The translations under genes and the position numbers were made by a program. This document shows, one piece after another, positions 1-9,809 of a DNA stretch of 64,000 nt (position 1 is its first letter; the number at the start of each line of letters is the position of its first letter). The notes below the pieces were generated by a model. That model was not told the origin of the DNA. It saw only the letters and a list, made by a program, of their open reading frames with translations, and did not search any database. The DNA comes from Actinophytocola sp. (GTDB lineage Bacteria; Actinomycetota; Actinomycetes; Mycobacteriales; Pseudonocardiaceae), in assembly GCF_009379765.1 (NCBI RefSeq), contig NZ_WHTD01000016.1:8694-72693 (forward strand). Reading direction: 5' to 3'.

Positions 1-290
1 GACTCCTCGCCGGTCAGCGGGTCCAGGTAGCCGACCGGCGCGCCCATCGACGCGGCGATCCGGCCGGCCAGCTGCAGGCCGCGCCGGGTGACGACGGCAC
101 TGGCGGCACTGGCGGCCTCGTTCGTCCCCGAGTCGCTGCGCCGCACGGCGCTCGCCACCCTGGCCCACTCGTGCAGCGCGTCGGTCAGCTCGGTGCCCAG
201 CGGCATGCGCCGCGGGTCGACCTCTCGCTCGGCCACTCCGTCGTGGCCCACCAGCACCGCACGCTCGCCGTCGGCGCGCAGCTGCACCAC
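1..290 (-). CDS. DUF2537-type protein (Rv0882-like), 3' end runs off the window
   Basis: Read manually: GGAGGGAG RBS then GTG; MVQLRADGERAVLVGHDG...ALHEWARVA...GYLDPLTGEE. Lies directly downstream of the TrmH gene as in Rv0881-Rv0882. Confidence 0.65.
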   Translation of the reverse strand, partial: MVQLRADGERAVLVGHDGVAEREVDPRRMPLGTELTDALHEWARVASAVRRSDSGTNEAASAASAVVTRRGLQLAGRIAASMGAPVGYLDPLTGEE

Positions 291-315
291 CGCTCCCTCC
301 GCCTGCCGCACATCG

Positions 316-1113
316 CTACGCAAGGAAACTACCCAGCGCGTAGAACGCCACCGCGCCCGCGGTGGCCACGTTGAGCGAGTCCACCCCACCGGCCATCGGG
401 ATCCGCACCGCCGCGTCGGCGGCGGCGATCGCCTCGGGCGTCAGCCCGGGACCCTCCGAGCCCAGCAGCACCGCCACCCGCTCCGCCCCGACGGCGGCGG
501 ACAGCGGCCCGGCCGAGCCGGCCGGGGTCAGCGCCAGCACCCGAAATCCCTTGTCCCGCACCAGACCAAGCCCCGACGGCCACGGCGCCAGCGAGGTGAA
601 CGGCACGGCCAGCACGTGCCCCATCGACACCCGCACGCTCCGCCGGTACAGCGGGTCCGAGCACCCCGGCCCGAGCAGCACCCCGTCGACGCCGAGCGCC
701 GCGGCGTTGCGGAACAGCGCGCCCAGGTTCTCGTGGTCGCCGACGCCCTCCAGCACGGCCAGCCGCCGCGCGCCCGCCAGCACGTCGTCCACACCGAGCT
801 CGGGTGGCCGGCCGGCCACCGCCAGCACGCCCCGGTTGAGATGGAACCCGACCACCTCGGCCATCACCTCGGCCGACGTCGCGTAGACCGGCGCGGACCG
901 CCCGGCGAGGTCGGGCGCCAGGTCGGCGAGCCGCCGCGGCACCCCCAGCACCGCCCGCAGCGGGTACCGGGACGCGAGCAGCCTGCGCACGACGACCACG
1001 CCCTCGGCGATCACCAGCCCCTTCCCACCCGGCCGGTCCGGGCGGCGGTCGGCGGTGGTCAGGGCCCGGAAGTCGGCCAGCCGCCCGTCGTCCGGGTCCC
1101 GCACCTCGATCAC
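316..1113 (-). CDS. TrmH/SpoU family RNA methyltransferase
   Basis: SPOUT motifs ENLGALFRNAAALG, LLGSEGPGL, IPMAGGVDSLNVA. GTG start at 1113 preferred over the longer ORF. Confidence 0.9.
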   Translation of the reverse strand: MIEVRDPDDGRLADFRALTTADRRPDRPGGKGLVIAEGVVVVRRLLASRYPLRAVLGVPRRLADLAPDLAGRSAPVYATSAEVMAEVVGFHLNRGVLAVAGRPPELGVDDVLAGARRLAVLEGVGDHENLGALFRNAAALGVDGVLLGPGCSDPLYRRSVRVSMGHVLAVPFTSLAPWPSGLGLVRDKGFRVLALTPAGSAGPLSAAVGAERVAVLLGSEGPGLTPEAIAAADAAVRIPMAGGVDSLNVATAGAVAFYALGSFLA

Positions 1114-1306
1114 GCGCGCATGCTCCCACAGCCCCGACCTACCCGCCGGCATGTTACGAGCACGCGGCGGGTGTTTCGCACTGCGTAACACTCGGTGTGC
1201 CGCAGTGCACCGTTTTGGCCCCTAGCAACGGCCTTTGGTGGTGTGTCACGGTTGAAACTCCCGCGCACACGCCGGACTCCGTACGTCCGGTTTGGGGAGG
1301 GCCGGT

Positions 1307-2803
1307 ATGGGACAGCATGTAGCGACCGACATTTTCGACCGATCGGATCGCCAGCGGTACCGAATGAAGGTCCAGCGTTGTCTGGACGCGTTGGCCAGAA
1401 TGCTCACCGAAGGCGGGTTCTCCACCTCACCCCCGCAGATCGGCCTCGAGGTCGAGCTGAACCTCGTCGACGACGGCCTGCAGCCCGCCATGGCCAACAA
1501 CGTCGTGCTGGAGAAACTGGACGACCCGTCGTTCACCACCGAGCTGGGCCAGCACAACATCGAGCTGAACGTGCGACCGCGGCCGCTGTCCGGCGACCAG
1601 GCCGGCGAGCTCGAGCTGGAGCTGCTCGCGGCGCTCACCAGCGCGGACACCAAGGCGCAGGACGCGGGCGCCCGGCTGGTGATGATCGGCATGCTGCCGA
1701 CCCTGCGCGACGAGCACTTCAACGCACGGTGGCTGTCGAACAACGCTCGGTACTCGCTGCTCAACGACCGGATCTTCGCCGCAAGGGGCGAGGACATGGT
1801 GCTGCACATGGAAGGCCCGGCGATCCCCGGCCAGCGAGGCGAACGGCTGCGCAGCCGGGCCGACTCGATCCTGCCGGAGTCCGCGTGCACGTCCGCGCAG
1901 CTGCACCTGCAGGTGGCGCCGGAGGAGTTCGCGACGCACTGGAACGCCGCGCAGTGCCTGGCCGGCGTGCAGGTCGCGATCGCGGCGAACTCGCCGTTCC
2001 TGCTGCGCAAGGCGCTCTGGCACGAGACCCGGATCCCGCTGTTCCTGCAGGCCACCGACACCCGGCCGGAGGAGCTGAAGAACCAGGGCGTGCGCCCGCG
2101 GGTGTGGTTCGGCGAGCGGTGGATCACCTCGATCTTCGACCTGTTCGAGGAGAACGTGCGCTACTTCCCGGGCCTGCTGCCGGACATCGACGACGAGGAC
2201 CCGATCGAGGCGCTGGACTCCGGACGTGCGCCGAGGCTGGCCGAGCTGCGGATGCACAACGGCACGATCTGGCGGTGGAACCGGCCGGTGTACGACGTGT
2301 TCGGCGGCGTGCCGCACCTGCGGGTGGAGAACCGGGTGCTGCCGGCCGGGCCGACGGTCGTCGACCTGATCGCCAACGCCGCGTTCTTCTACGGCGCCCA
2401 GCGCGCACTCGTCACCGAGGAACGCCCGCTGTGGACGCAGATGTCCTTCCAAGCGGCCGAGGAGAACCTCTACGCGGGCGCGCGGCACGCGTTCGACGCG
2501 CAGCTGTACTGGCCGGGCATCGGCTGGGTGCCGCCGGACGAGCTGGTGCTGCGCCGGCTGCTTCCCATGGCGCACCAGGGTTTGCGGGACCTCGGCGTGT
2601 CGGATGCCGCCCGGGAGCGCTACCTCGGCGTGATCGAGCGGCGCTGCCTCGCCCAGCGCACCGGGTCGACCTGGCAGCGCGAGACGGTCGCGCGGCTGGA
2701 GGACCGCGGGATGGACCGGGACGCCGCGCTGGTCGGGATGCTGCGCCGCTACATCGAGCTGGCCTCGACGAACCAGCCAGTGCACACCTGGGCGGTCATC
2801 TGA
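1307..2803 (+). CDS. Glutamate--cysteine ligase (GCS2) family protein
   Basis: IGLEVELNLVD, TELGQHNIE, ESACTSAQLHLQ, ANSPFL, WRWNRPVYD, RVENRVLPAGPT. RBS GGGGAGG before ATG. Confidence 0.85.
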   Translation: MGQHVATDIFDRSDRQRYRMKVQRCLDALARMLTEGGFSTSPPQIGLEVELNLVDDGLQPAMANNVVLEKLDDPSFTTELGQHNIELNVRPRPLSGDQAGELELELLAALTSADTKAQDAGARLVMIGMLPTLRDEHFNARWLSNNARYSLLNDRIFAARGEDMVLHMEGPAIPGQRGERLRSRADSILPESACTSAQLHLQVAPEEFATHWNAAQCLAGVQVAIAANSPFLLRKALWHETRIPLFLQATDTRPEELKNQGVRPRVWFGERWITSIFDLFEENVRYFPGLLPDIDDEDPIEALDSGRAPRLAELRMHNGTIWRWNRPVYDVFGGVPHLRVENRVLPAGPTVVDLIANAAFFYGAQRALVTEERPLWTQMSFQAAEENLYAGARHAFDAQLYWPGIGWVPPDELVLRRLLPMAHQGLRDLGVSDAARERYLGVIERRCLAQRTGSTWQRETVARLEDRGMDRDAALVGMLRRYIELASTNQPVHTWAVI

Positions 2804-2857
2804 GGGTGATACGAGAGGGCTGAGGCGGCCTTGCGCGACCTGGCATATTGTCGCGGT

Positions 2858-3685
2858 GTGGAGGAGGACGATCGATCCACATACGTGGTGGGCGACGTGC
2901 ACGGGCACCTGGACGAGCTGCTCGGCGCGCTCGCCGACGCCGGGCTGGTCGACAACGAGGCAAGCTGGTCCGGCGGTGACACCCACCTGTGGTTTCTCGG
3001 CGACTTCGTGGACCGCGGGCCGGACGGCATCGGCGTGATCGACCTGGTCATGCGCCTGTCCGCGGAGGCGGGGGCGAGCGGCGGGCACGTCGAGGCACTG
3101 CTCGGCAACCACGAGATCCTGCTGCTCGGCATGCACCGGTTCGGCGACGACGAGGTGCCGTCGGACTTCGGTCCGCGCAGCTTCGCGCGCAGCTGGGAGA
3201 TGAACGGCGGCCAGTCCACCGACCAGGAGGCGGTCACCGGCGAGCACATCGAGTGGCTGTCGAGCCGGCCGGCACTCGCGCTGGTCGGCGAGCACCTGCT
3301 GATGCACTCCGACACGCTGGAGTACCTGGTCTGGGGCGGCGACATCGAGGAGATCAACGCCGGCATCCAGGAGGTCCTGCGCTCGGACGACATCATCGAG
3401 TGGTGGGAGGTCTGGCGCAGGCTCACCACCCGGCACGCCTTCCGCGGCCCCGCGGGCGCCGAGGTCGCCGGCCAGCTGCTCACCGTGCTCGGCGGCGACC
3501 AGGTGGTCCACGGGCACAGCGTGATCGCCGACCAGCTCGGCGTCCCCCCGGACCAGATCGACGGCCCGTACTCCTACGCCGACGGCCGCGCGCTCGGCGT
3601 GGACGGCGGTGTGTTCGTCGGTGGGCCGTGTCTGGTGGTCGAACTTCCCTTCGACGGCAAACCGGACACAGTGGACGAGGCCTGA
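2858..3685 (+). CDS. Calcineurin-like metallophosphoesterase
   Basis: GDVHG, GDFVDRG, GNHE and HGH motifs. Confidence 0.9.
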   Translation: MEEDDRSTYVVGDVHGHLDELLGALADAGLVDNEASWSGGDTHLWFLGDFVDRGPDGIGVIDLVMRLSAEAGASGGHVEALLGNHEILLLGMHRFGDDEVPSDFGPRSFARSWEMNGGQSTDQEAVTGEHIEWLSSRPALALVGEHLLMHSDTLEYLVWGGDIEEINAGIQEVLRSDDIIEWWEVWRRLTTRHAFRGPAGAEVAGQLLTVLGGDQVVHGHSVIADQLGVPPDQIDGPYSYADGRALGVDGGVFVGGPCLVVELPFDGKPDTVDEA

Positions 3686-3807
3686 GCCCACCGAACGGTC
3701 GAGTTTGTAGCTCCCCGGTCGAACGTGCCGTCGACTTGTGCCCGTGGCCGGGCGGGCGGGCAAGATGGTGACGGGTGCCGCAGCGGGCCCGCACGAGGAG
3801 GCGCAGC

Positions 3808-5457
3808 ATGCCCACCGTCCCCAGCTACGTGTCCGGCACGTCGGACAAGCCGCTGCTCGGCGACACCATCGGCGACGACTTCGACCGGACCGTCGCGGCG
3901 CACGGTGACCGCGACGCGCTCGTCGATCGGGCCACCGGCCGGCGATGGACCTACCGCCGGCTCGCCGACGAGGTCAACGCCGTCGCGCTGGGACTCGTCG
4001 ACCTCGGGGTCGAGAAGGGCGACCGGGTCGGCATCTGGGCGCCGAACTGTGCCGAGTGGACGTTCACCCAGTACGCCACCGCCAAGATCGGCGCCATCCT
4101 CGTCAACATCAACCCGGCCTACCGGGTGCACGAGCTGACGTACGTCCTCAACCAGGCCGGCATCCGCACGCTGGTCGCCGCGTCGAGCTTCAAGACCTCC
4201 GACTACGCCGCCATGATCGCCGAGGTGCGCCCGGAGTGCCCCGCGCTGCGGGACGTCCTGCTGATCGGCGGCGAGGACTGGACCGGCCTCGTCGCCACCG
4301 GCCGCGGCGGGTCCGCGGCGCACCTGGCCGAGCTGCAGGACGCGCTGTCGGCCGACGACCCGATCAACATCCAGTACACCTCGGGCACCACGGGCTTCCC
4401 CAAGGGCGCCACGCTGTCGCACCACAACATCCTCAACAACGGCTACTTCGTCGGCGAGCTGTGCAACTACACGGAGGCGGACCGGATCTGCATCCCGGTG
4501 CCCTTCTACCACTGCTTCGGCATGGTCATGGGCAACCTCGCGGCCACATCGCACGGCGCCTGCATGGTCATCCCGGCGCCGGCGTTCGAGCCGAAAGCCA
4601 CGCTCGAGGCGGTCGCCGGGGAGAGGTGCACGTCGCTCTACGGCGTGCCGACGATGTTCATCGCGGAGCTCGCCGACCCGTCGTTCGAGTCCCACGACCT
4701 GTCCTCGCTGCGCACCGGGATCATGGCCGGCTCGCCGTGCCCGGTCGAGGTGATGAAGCAGGTCATCGAGCGGATGGGCATGACCGAGGTGACCATCTGC
4801 TACGGCATGACCGAGACGTCCCCGGTCTCCACCCAGACCCGCGCGGACGACAGCGTGGACCGCCGAGTGTCCACTGTGGGCAGAGTGCACCCGCACCTCG
4901 AGGTGAAGGTCGTCGACCCGGAGACCGGGCAGACGGTGCCGCGCGGCGAGCCGGGCGAGCTCTGCACGCGGGGCTACTCGGTGATGCTGGGTTACTGGGA
5001 GCAGCCGGACAAGACGGCCGAGGCGATCGACGCCGCGCGCTGGATGCACACCGGCGACCTCGCGGTCATGGACGACGAGGGCTACCTCAACATCACCGGC
5101 CGGATCAAGGACATGGTCATCCGCGGCGGCGAGAACGTGTACCCGCGCGAGATCGAGGAGTTCCTGTACACGCACCCGGACGTGCTGGACGCGCAGGTGA
5201 TCGGTGTGCCGGACCAGCGGTACGGCGAGGAGCTGATGGTGTGGGTCCGGATGCGCGAGGGCGCCGCACCGCTGACGGCCGAGTCACTGCGCGAGTACTG
5301 CACGGGCAAGCTCGCGCACTACAAGATCCCGCGCTACGTGCACATCGTGGACGAGTTCCCGATGACGGTCACCGGCAAGATCCGCAAGGTCGAGATGCGG
5401 GAGAAGTCGGTGGCGCTGCTGGGTCTCCAGGACGTCGCGGCCGCCGAGCACGCCTGA
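3808..5457 (+). CDS. AMP-binding fatty-acyl-CoA synthetase
   Basis: [40 protein letters not shown]. Confidence 0.92.
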   Translation: MPTVPSYVSGTSDKPLLGDTIGDDFDRTVAAHGDRDALVDRATGRRWTYRRLADEVNAVALGLVDLGVEKGDRVGIWAPNCAEWTFTQYATAKIGAILVNINPAYRVHELTYVLNQAGIRTLVAASSFKTSDYAAMIAEVRPECPALRDVLLIGGEDWTGLVATGRGGSAAHLAELQDALSADDPINIQYTSGTTGFPKGATLSHHNILNNGYFVGELCNYTEADRICIPVPFYHCFGMVMGNLAATSHGACMVIPAPAFEPKATLEAVAGERCTSLYGVPTMFIAELADPSFESHDLSSLRTGIMAGSPCPVEVMKQVIERMGMTEVTICYGMTETSPVSTQTRADDSVDRRVSTVGRVHPHLEVKVVDPETGQTVPRGEPGELCTRGYSVMLGYWEQPDKTAEAIDAARWMHTGDLAVMDDEGYLNITGRIKDMVIRGGENVYPREIEEFLYTHPDVLDAQVIGVPDQRYGEELMVWVRMREGAAPLTAESLREYCTGKLAHYKIPRYVHIVDEFPMTVTGKIRKVEMREKSVALLGLQDVAAAEHA

Positions 5458-5584
5458 CGGAGCACGCGTCGTGACCGGCCGGAACGGCAGGGTCGCGAGA
5501 GTGGCCTCGCGGCGGCGAGCGGCGCAGCATGGTGAGTCGCGCCGCACGTGGTGCGCGGCGCGGGCCACGAAGGAGGCCAGCAGG

Positions 5585-5968
5585 ATGCTCACCAAGTCAA
5601 TGATCACCACCATGCTCCCCGTGTCGGACGTCGAGCGGGCCGGGCAGTTCTACGGCGACACGCTCGGCCTGCACCAGAAGGCCTCCGGCGCCGACGGCAG
5701 CCTCGTGTTCGACGCCGGCAACGGCGACGCCATCGGGCTCATGCCCGCCGAGGCCGGCGCGCAGAGCGAGCACACCGTGCTCAGCTTCGAGGTCACCGAC
5801 ATCTCCGGCGAGATCCGCGACCTCGAGCGGCGCGGCGTCACCTTCGCCGACTACGACCAGCCCGACCTGAGGACGGTCGACCACATCGCGGAACTGGGCA
5901 ACGAGAAGGCGGCGTGGTTCAGTGACTCCGAGGGCAACATCCTGTGCATCCACGAGGTGCTCGGCTAA
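5585..5968 (+). CDS. VOC/glyoxalase family protein
   Basis: [13 protein letters not shown]...[23 protein letters not shown]. Confidence 0.85.
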   Translation: MLTKSMITTMLPVSDVERAGQFYGDTLGLHQKASGADGSLVFDAGNGDAIGLMPAEAGAQSEHTVLSFEVTDISGEIRDLERRGVTFADYDQPDLRTVDHIAELGNEKAAWFSDSEGNILCIHEVLG

Positions 5969-6071
5969 CCCGGCCAAACCGGCTACCCCCCACCCCCCGG
6001 GGTGGCCTAGGCTGGGCAGACGCGTCCTGGGTACGCCCTGGGGCGCGTTCGTATGTGTGGAGGTGACTGTT

Positions 6072-6458
6072 GTGCCGACCGGAAAGGTCAAGTGGTACGA
6101 CTCGGAGAAGGGCTTCGGGTTCGTCACACAGGACGGAGGTGAGGACGTCTACGTCCGTTCTTCCGCCCTGCCGGCCGGGGTGCCGGGCCTGAAAGCCGGT
6201 CAACGCATCGAGTTCGGTGTCGCCGACGGTCGCCGCGGGCCGCAAGCCCTGTCCGTCCGGCTGCTCGACCCGCCGCCGTCGGTCGCGGAAGCGCACAGGC
6301 GACCCGCCGAGGAGCTGCACGGCCTGATCGAGGACATGATCAAGCTGCTGGAGTCCAACGTCCAACCCGACCTGCGCCGCGGCCGCTACCCCGACCGCAA
6401 GGCCACCAAGCGAGTCGCCGACGTGGTCCGCGCGGTCGCGCGCGAGCTGGATCCTTAG
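6072..6458 (+). CDS. cspB: Cold-shock domain protein with C-terminal extension
   Basis: [17 protein letters not shown] cold-shock domain plus the helical C-terminus typical of Rv0871 orthologs. Confidence 0.9.
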   Translation: MPTGKVKWYDSEKGFGFVTQDGGEDVYVRSSALPAGVPGLKAGQRIEFGVADGRRGPQALSVRLLDPPPSVAEAHRRPAEELHGLIEDMIKLLESNVQPDLRRGRYPDRKATKRVADVVRAVARELDP

Positions 6459-6946
6459 GGCGCTACCTGCGCCGACCACACGCCACGGGTCACCGGCTCC
6501 GGATCGCCCGTCTCGCCGCGCACCAGCTTCGCGCCCGCCTGCTTGACCTCGACGGTCTGCAGCTGGTCGCCGGCGCCGGGCGGCTCGGCGTCGAACGAGG
6601 ACGACTTGCCGGGGGCGAACGTGGCGACGGTCTCCGGCGCCTTCTGCTCGCCGGCCGCCGTGCGGTACTGGATCACCACCGACCACGGGGTGTCCGATAC
6701 CTCCTTGGGCACCCGCACGCGGACCGGCGTTCCCGGCGCGACCTTGAGCTTGACCTGCGCGGTGTTGTCCCGCTTGCAGTCGTTGACCTCGACGTCGCAG
6801 TAGAGGTACGGCTTCGCGGTGACCTTGTGGGCCGCAACGGTGAAGTCCACCCGCGGCGGCGGGGGCGGCGGTCCGGGCGAGGCCGAGCAGCCGGCCGGCA
6901 CGAGAAGGCCGACGAGCAGGGCCGCGACCGGGACGAGCGTGCGCAC
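6455..6946 (-). CDS. DUF2771 family lipoprotein
   Basis: Lipobox-like VPAGC; PYLYC...VP.EVSDTPW; synteny with Rv0875c. Confidence 0.75.
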   Translation of the reverse strand: MRTLVPVAALLVGLLVPAGCSASPGPPPPPPRVDFTVAAHKVTAKPYLYCDVEVNDCKRDNTAQVKLKVAPGTPVRVRVPKEVSDTPWSVVIQYRTAAGEQKAPETVATFAPGKSSSFDAEPPGAGDQLQTVEVKQAGAKLVRGETGDPEPVTRGVWSAQVAP

Positions 6947-6956
6947 GCAGCAGAGA

Positions 6957-8894
6957 CTACGGACGCTCGTCGCCTCCGCCGGGCGGCCCCTCCTGGAACA
7001 CGGCGCTGCCCTGCGGCACGGACCTGCGCGACCCGCCGCCGGTGCGCCACGGTCGAACCGGCCGGGCGCCGCCGAACCAGGGCAGCAGCGACGCGCCCTG
7101 CCGGGTGAGGATGGTCTGCACCAGGCCCACGGCCAGCATGATGGAGATCACGAGGAAGCCGAGCCAGAACACCGGGGGCAGTAAAATGCCCACCGCCCCG
7201 CCGAACACCCAGGCGAGCTGGAGCACGGTCTCCGAGCGGCCGAACGCGGACGCGCGGGACTCCTCCGGCAGGTCGTCCTGGATGACGGCGTCGAGGCTGT
7301 TCTTGGCGAGCGCGCTCGCGATGGCGCCGACCAGGCCGACGATCGCCGCGGTGGCGATGCCCTCCATGAGCATCGCGAGCAACGTCGAGGCCAGGCAGCC
7401 GGCGATGCAGCCGATCATCACCTGCTCGGGGTGGCCGACGTGCATCCGCGCGCCGATCCCGTTGCCGACGAAGCTGCCCGCACCGGCCGCGCCGGCGATG
7501 ATGCCGAGGAGCAGCAGCTGCTTGAACGCGTCGCCCTCGGTCTCCGCGCGCACCGCGAACGCGGCGAACATCATGAGGAAGCCGGTGAGCAGCCGCACCG
7601 TCGCGTTGCCCGACAGCGCGACCACGACATGTCGCCCCATCGGCTGGCGTTTCGGCTTCTCCGGGTTGGCCGACAGCGACGCCGGCACCTCGCCCTCGGT
7701 GACCTCGACCCAGGCCGGGATCCGCATGGCCTGCCCCGCGCCGACGACACAGATGACCGCGGTGAACCACAGCGCGCCCGGCGAGTCGAACAGCTGCAGG
7801 AACAACGCCGCGACCGCGCCGAACGCCGCGCCGGCGACGAGGCCGAACACGGTGAGCCGGGCGTTGGTCTTGGCGAGCGTGATGTCCGGCGGCACGACCC
7901 TCGGGGTGACCGCCGCCTTCAACACCGTGAAGGACTTCGACAGCACCATCTTCCCGAGCGCGGCCGGATACAGCAGCCAGGTGTCGAAGTTGGCGGCCAT
8001 GACGACGCACATGAGCGCCTGCCCGGCCGACGCGGCGCACATGGCGAGCCGGCGGCCGCGCTGGATGCGGTCGAGCGCCGGGCCGATCACCGGCGCCACC
8101 AACGCGAACGGCGCCACCGTGATCAGCAGGTAGAGCGCGACCTTGCCCCTGGACGAGTCGGTGCTGGCGGCCGAGAAGAACAGCGTGTTGGCCAGCGCGA
8201 CGGCCATGGCCGCGTCGCTGGCGTAGTTGAGCATGGTGGCGTAGGTGAGCGAGGTGAGGCCGGACTTGTCGGCGCCGTCGGCGTTGGCCGCTCGGCGGAA
8301 CGCACGCACGGCGTTGCCGGTGAGCTGCCGGCTGCGCATCGCGGCGACCCGGGTGACCGTCAGCTTCTTGGGGAACTGCGGGGCGGCGGCCGGACGGTGC
8401 GGCGGCTGTTGCCGCGCCTCGCGGGCCTCTTCCGGGAAGTCCTCGGCGTAGCCGTCCGGGCCGTAGGTCTCCGGCACGTACTCCTCGCGGCGGGTTTCCT
8501 CGTACCGGGGGCGCGGCGGCTCTTCCGGCGGCGGGAGCTGGCGGCGCGGCGGGGGCACGTCGCGCCAGTTGCGGCGCGGCGCCGGCGGCGGGGGCTGGCG
8601 GTACTCGGGCTCGCGGCGGACCGGCTGGGTGCGGCGCCGGTCGTCGGCCGGGTACGGGTTGGCCGTGGGGATGGCGCTGGTCAGCGGCTCCTCGCGGGGC
8701 GCCATGGGGATCGCGTTGGTCGGCGGCTCCTGGCGCGGCGGCACGTACCGCGCCGAGGGAGCCTGCGGCGGCGGCGGCTGGTGCCCGATGGGTGGTTGGG
8801 GCTGGTTCGTCCAGCTGCGCCGACGCTTCCGGCCGGAGCCTCCGCGGCCACGGCGGCCACTCGGCGGTTGGTCACCGGAACCGGAACGAATCAC
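6957..8894 (-). CDS. MFS-type membrane protein with Pro/Arg-rich N-terminus (Rv0876c-like)
   Basis: KKLTVTRVAAMRSR, ADGADKSGL, ALANTLFF and many TM helices. Start uncertain. Confidence 0.85.
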   Translation of the reverse strand: MIRSGSGDQPPSGRRGRGGSGRKRRRSWTNQPQPPIGHQPPPPQAPSARYVPPRQEPPTNAIPMAPREEPLTSAIPTANPYPADDRRRTQPVRREPEYRQPPPPAPRRNWRDVPPPRRQLPPPEEPPRPRYEETRREEYVPETYGPDGYAEDFPEEAREARQQPPHRPAAAPQFPKKLTVTRVAAMRSRQLTGNAVRAFRRAANADGADKSGLTSLTYATMLNYASDAAMAVALANTLFFSAASTDSSRGKVALYLLITVAPFALVAPVIGPALDRIQRGRRLAMCAASAGQALMCVVMAANFDTWLLYPAALGKMVLSKSFTVLKAAVTPRVVPPDITLAKTNARLTVFGLVAGAAFGAVAALFLQLFDSPGALWFTAVICVVGAGQAMRIPAWVEVTEGEVPASLSANPEKPKRQPMGRHVVVALSGNATVRLLTGFLMMFAAFAVRAETEGDAFKQLLLLGIIAGAAGAGSFVGNGIGARMHVGHPEQVMIGCIAGCLASTLLAMLMEGIATAAIVGLVGAIASALAKNSLDAVIQDDLPEESRASAFGRSETVLQLAWVFGGAVGILLPPVFWLGFLVISIMLAVGLVQTILTRQGASLLPWFGGARPVRPWRTGGGSRRSVPQGSAVFQEGPPGGGDERP

Positions 8895-8969
8895 TCTTCC
8901 ATCCTGCCGTAAGTCGGACCTGTATGAAGCACTGACGGGCCCGCGCGGTCAGGGGATCCATCAATCGCG

Positions 8970-9761
8970 TCACCCGTGGTCGGTGACGAACCTCACCCGG
9001 AACGTCGTCGGCCACAACTTGCCCGTGACCAGGAACTCGCCGGTGCCCGGGATCGCGGCGATCCCGTTGAGCACGTCGGCGCCGCCGCGGTCCTCCTCCG
9101 GCAGCAGGCCGGCGAGGTCGACGGTGGCGGTGACCCGCCCGCTGCGCGGGTCGACGCGCACGATCCGGTCGGTCCGCCAGACGTTGGCGTAGACGACGCC
9201 GTCGACGCACTCGAGCTCGTTGAGCTGGTCGACCGGTTGCCCCTCGGCGTCCCGCACCCGCGTCCGGCCGGTCTCCGCGAACGTGTCGGGGTCGCGGAAG
9301 GTCAGCCGGTCGGAACCGTCGCTCATGATCAGCTTCTCGCCGTCGTGGCACAGGCCCCAGCCCTCGCCCCGGTAGCTCGCGCGGCCCTCCTCCCTCAGGG
9401 TGGCCCGGTCGCGGCGGATCGCGACACCGTCCTGCCAGGTGATCTGCCAGATCGTGTCGCCGACGACCGTGATGCCCTCGCCGAACATGTCACCCGGCAG
9501 CTCCGTCTGCTTCTCGACGTCGCCGGTGTCCGGGTCGGTGGCGCGCATGGTCGACTCACCCTCGAGGCCGGTGCCCTCGTAGAGGACGCCGTCGACCAGC
9601 TCGAGCCCCTGGGTGAAGGCGTTCGGATCGTGCGGGGTGGTGTCGAGGACCTCGGCACGCAGCTCGGTCGGCGCCGCGGGCGGGGGCGCTTCTGGCGTCG
9701 CTTCGGAGCAGCCGGCGACCAGCGCGACGACCGCGCAGACGGCGGCGAGGAGAGCCCACAC
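8970..9761 (-). CDS. Glutaminyl-peptide cyclotransferase (lipoprotein)
   Basis: Lipobox VAGC; HDPNAFTQGLE, FGEGIT, GEGWGLC, LNELEC, VLNGIA, TGKLW. Confidence 0.9.
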   Translation of the reverse strand: MWALLAAVCAVVALVAGCSEATPEAPPPAAPTELRAEVLDTTPHDPNAFTQGLELVDGVLYEGTGLEGESTMRATDPDTGDVEKQTELPGDMFGEGITVVGDTIWQITWQDGVAIRRDRATLREEGRASYRGEGWGLCHDGEKLIMSDGSDRLTFRDPDTFAETGRTRVRDAEGQPVDQLNELECVDGVVYANVWRTDRIVRVDPRSGRVTATVDLAGLLPEEDRGGADVLNGIAAIPGTGEFLVTGKLWPTTFRVRFVTDHG

Positions 9762-9809
9762 GGGACCAGCCTTACATGGGTCGAGCGGCGGTTGGCACAA
9801 TCGTGTCCG

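Noticed and set aside
1150-1260. GlnR-like GTNAC/GAAAC motifs upstream of the GCS2 gene
   Set aside because: Half-site spacings are 4 and 7 nt rather than the expected 6, so the match is too weak.
5969-6016. Hairpin with C-rich loop before cspB, reminiscent of 6C RNA
   Set aside because: Only one C-rich loop, whereas 6C RNA has two hairpins. More simply a terminator for the VOC gene.
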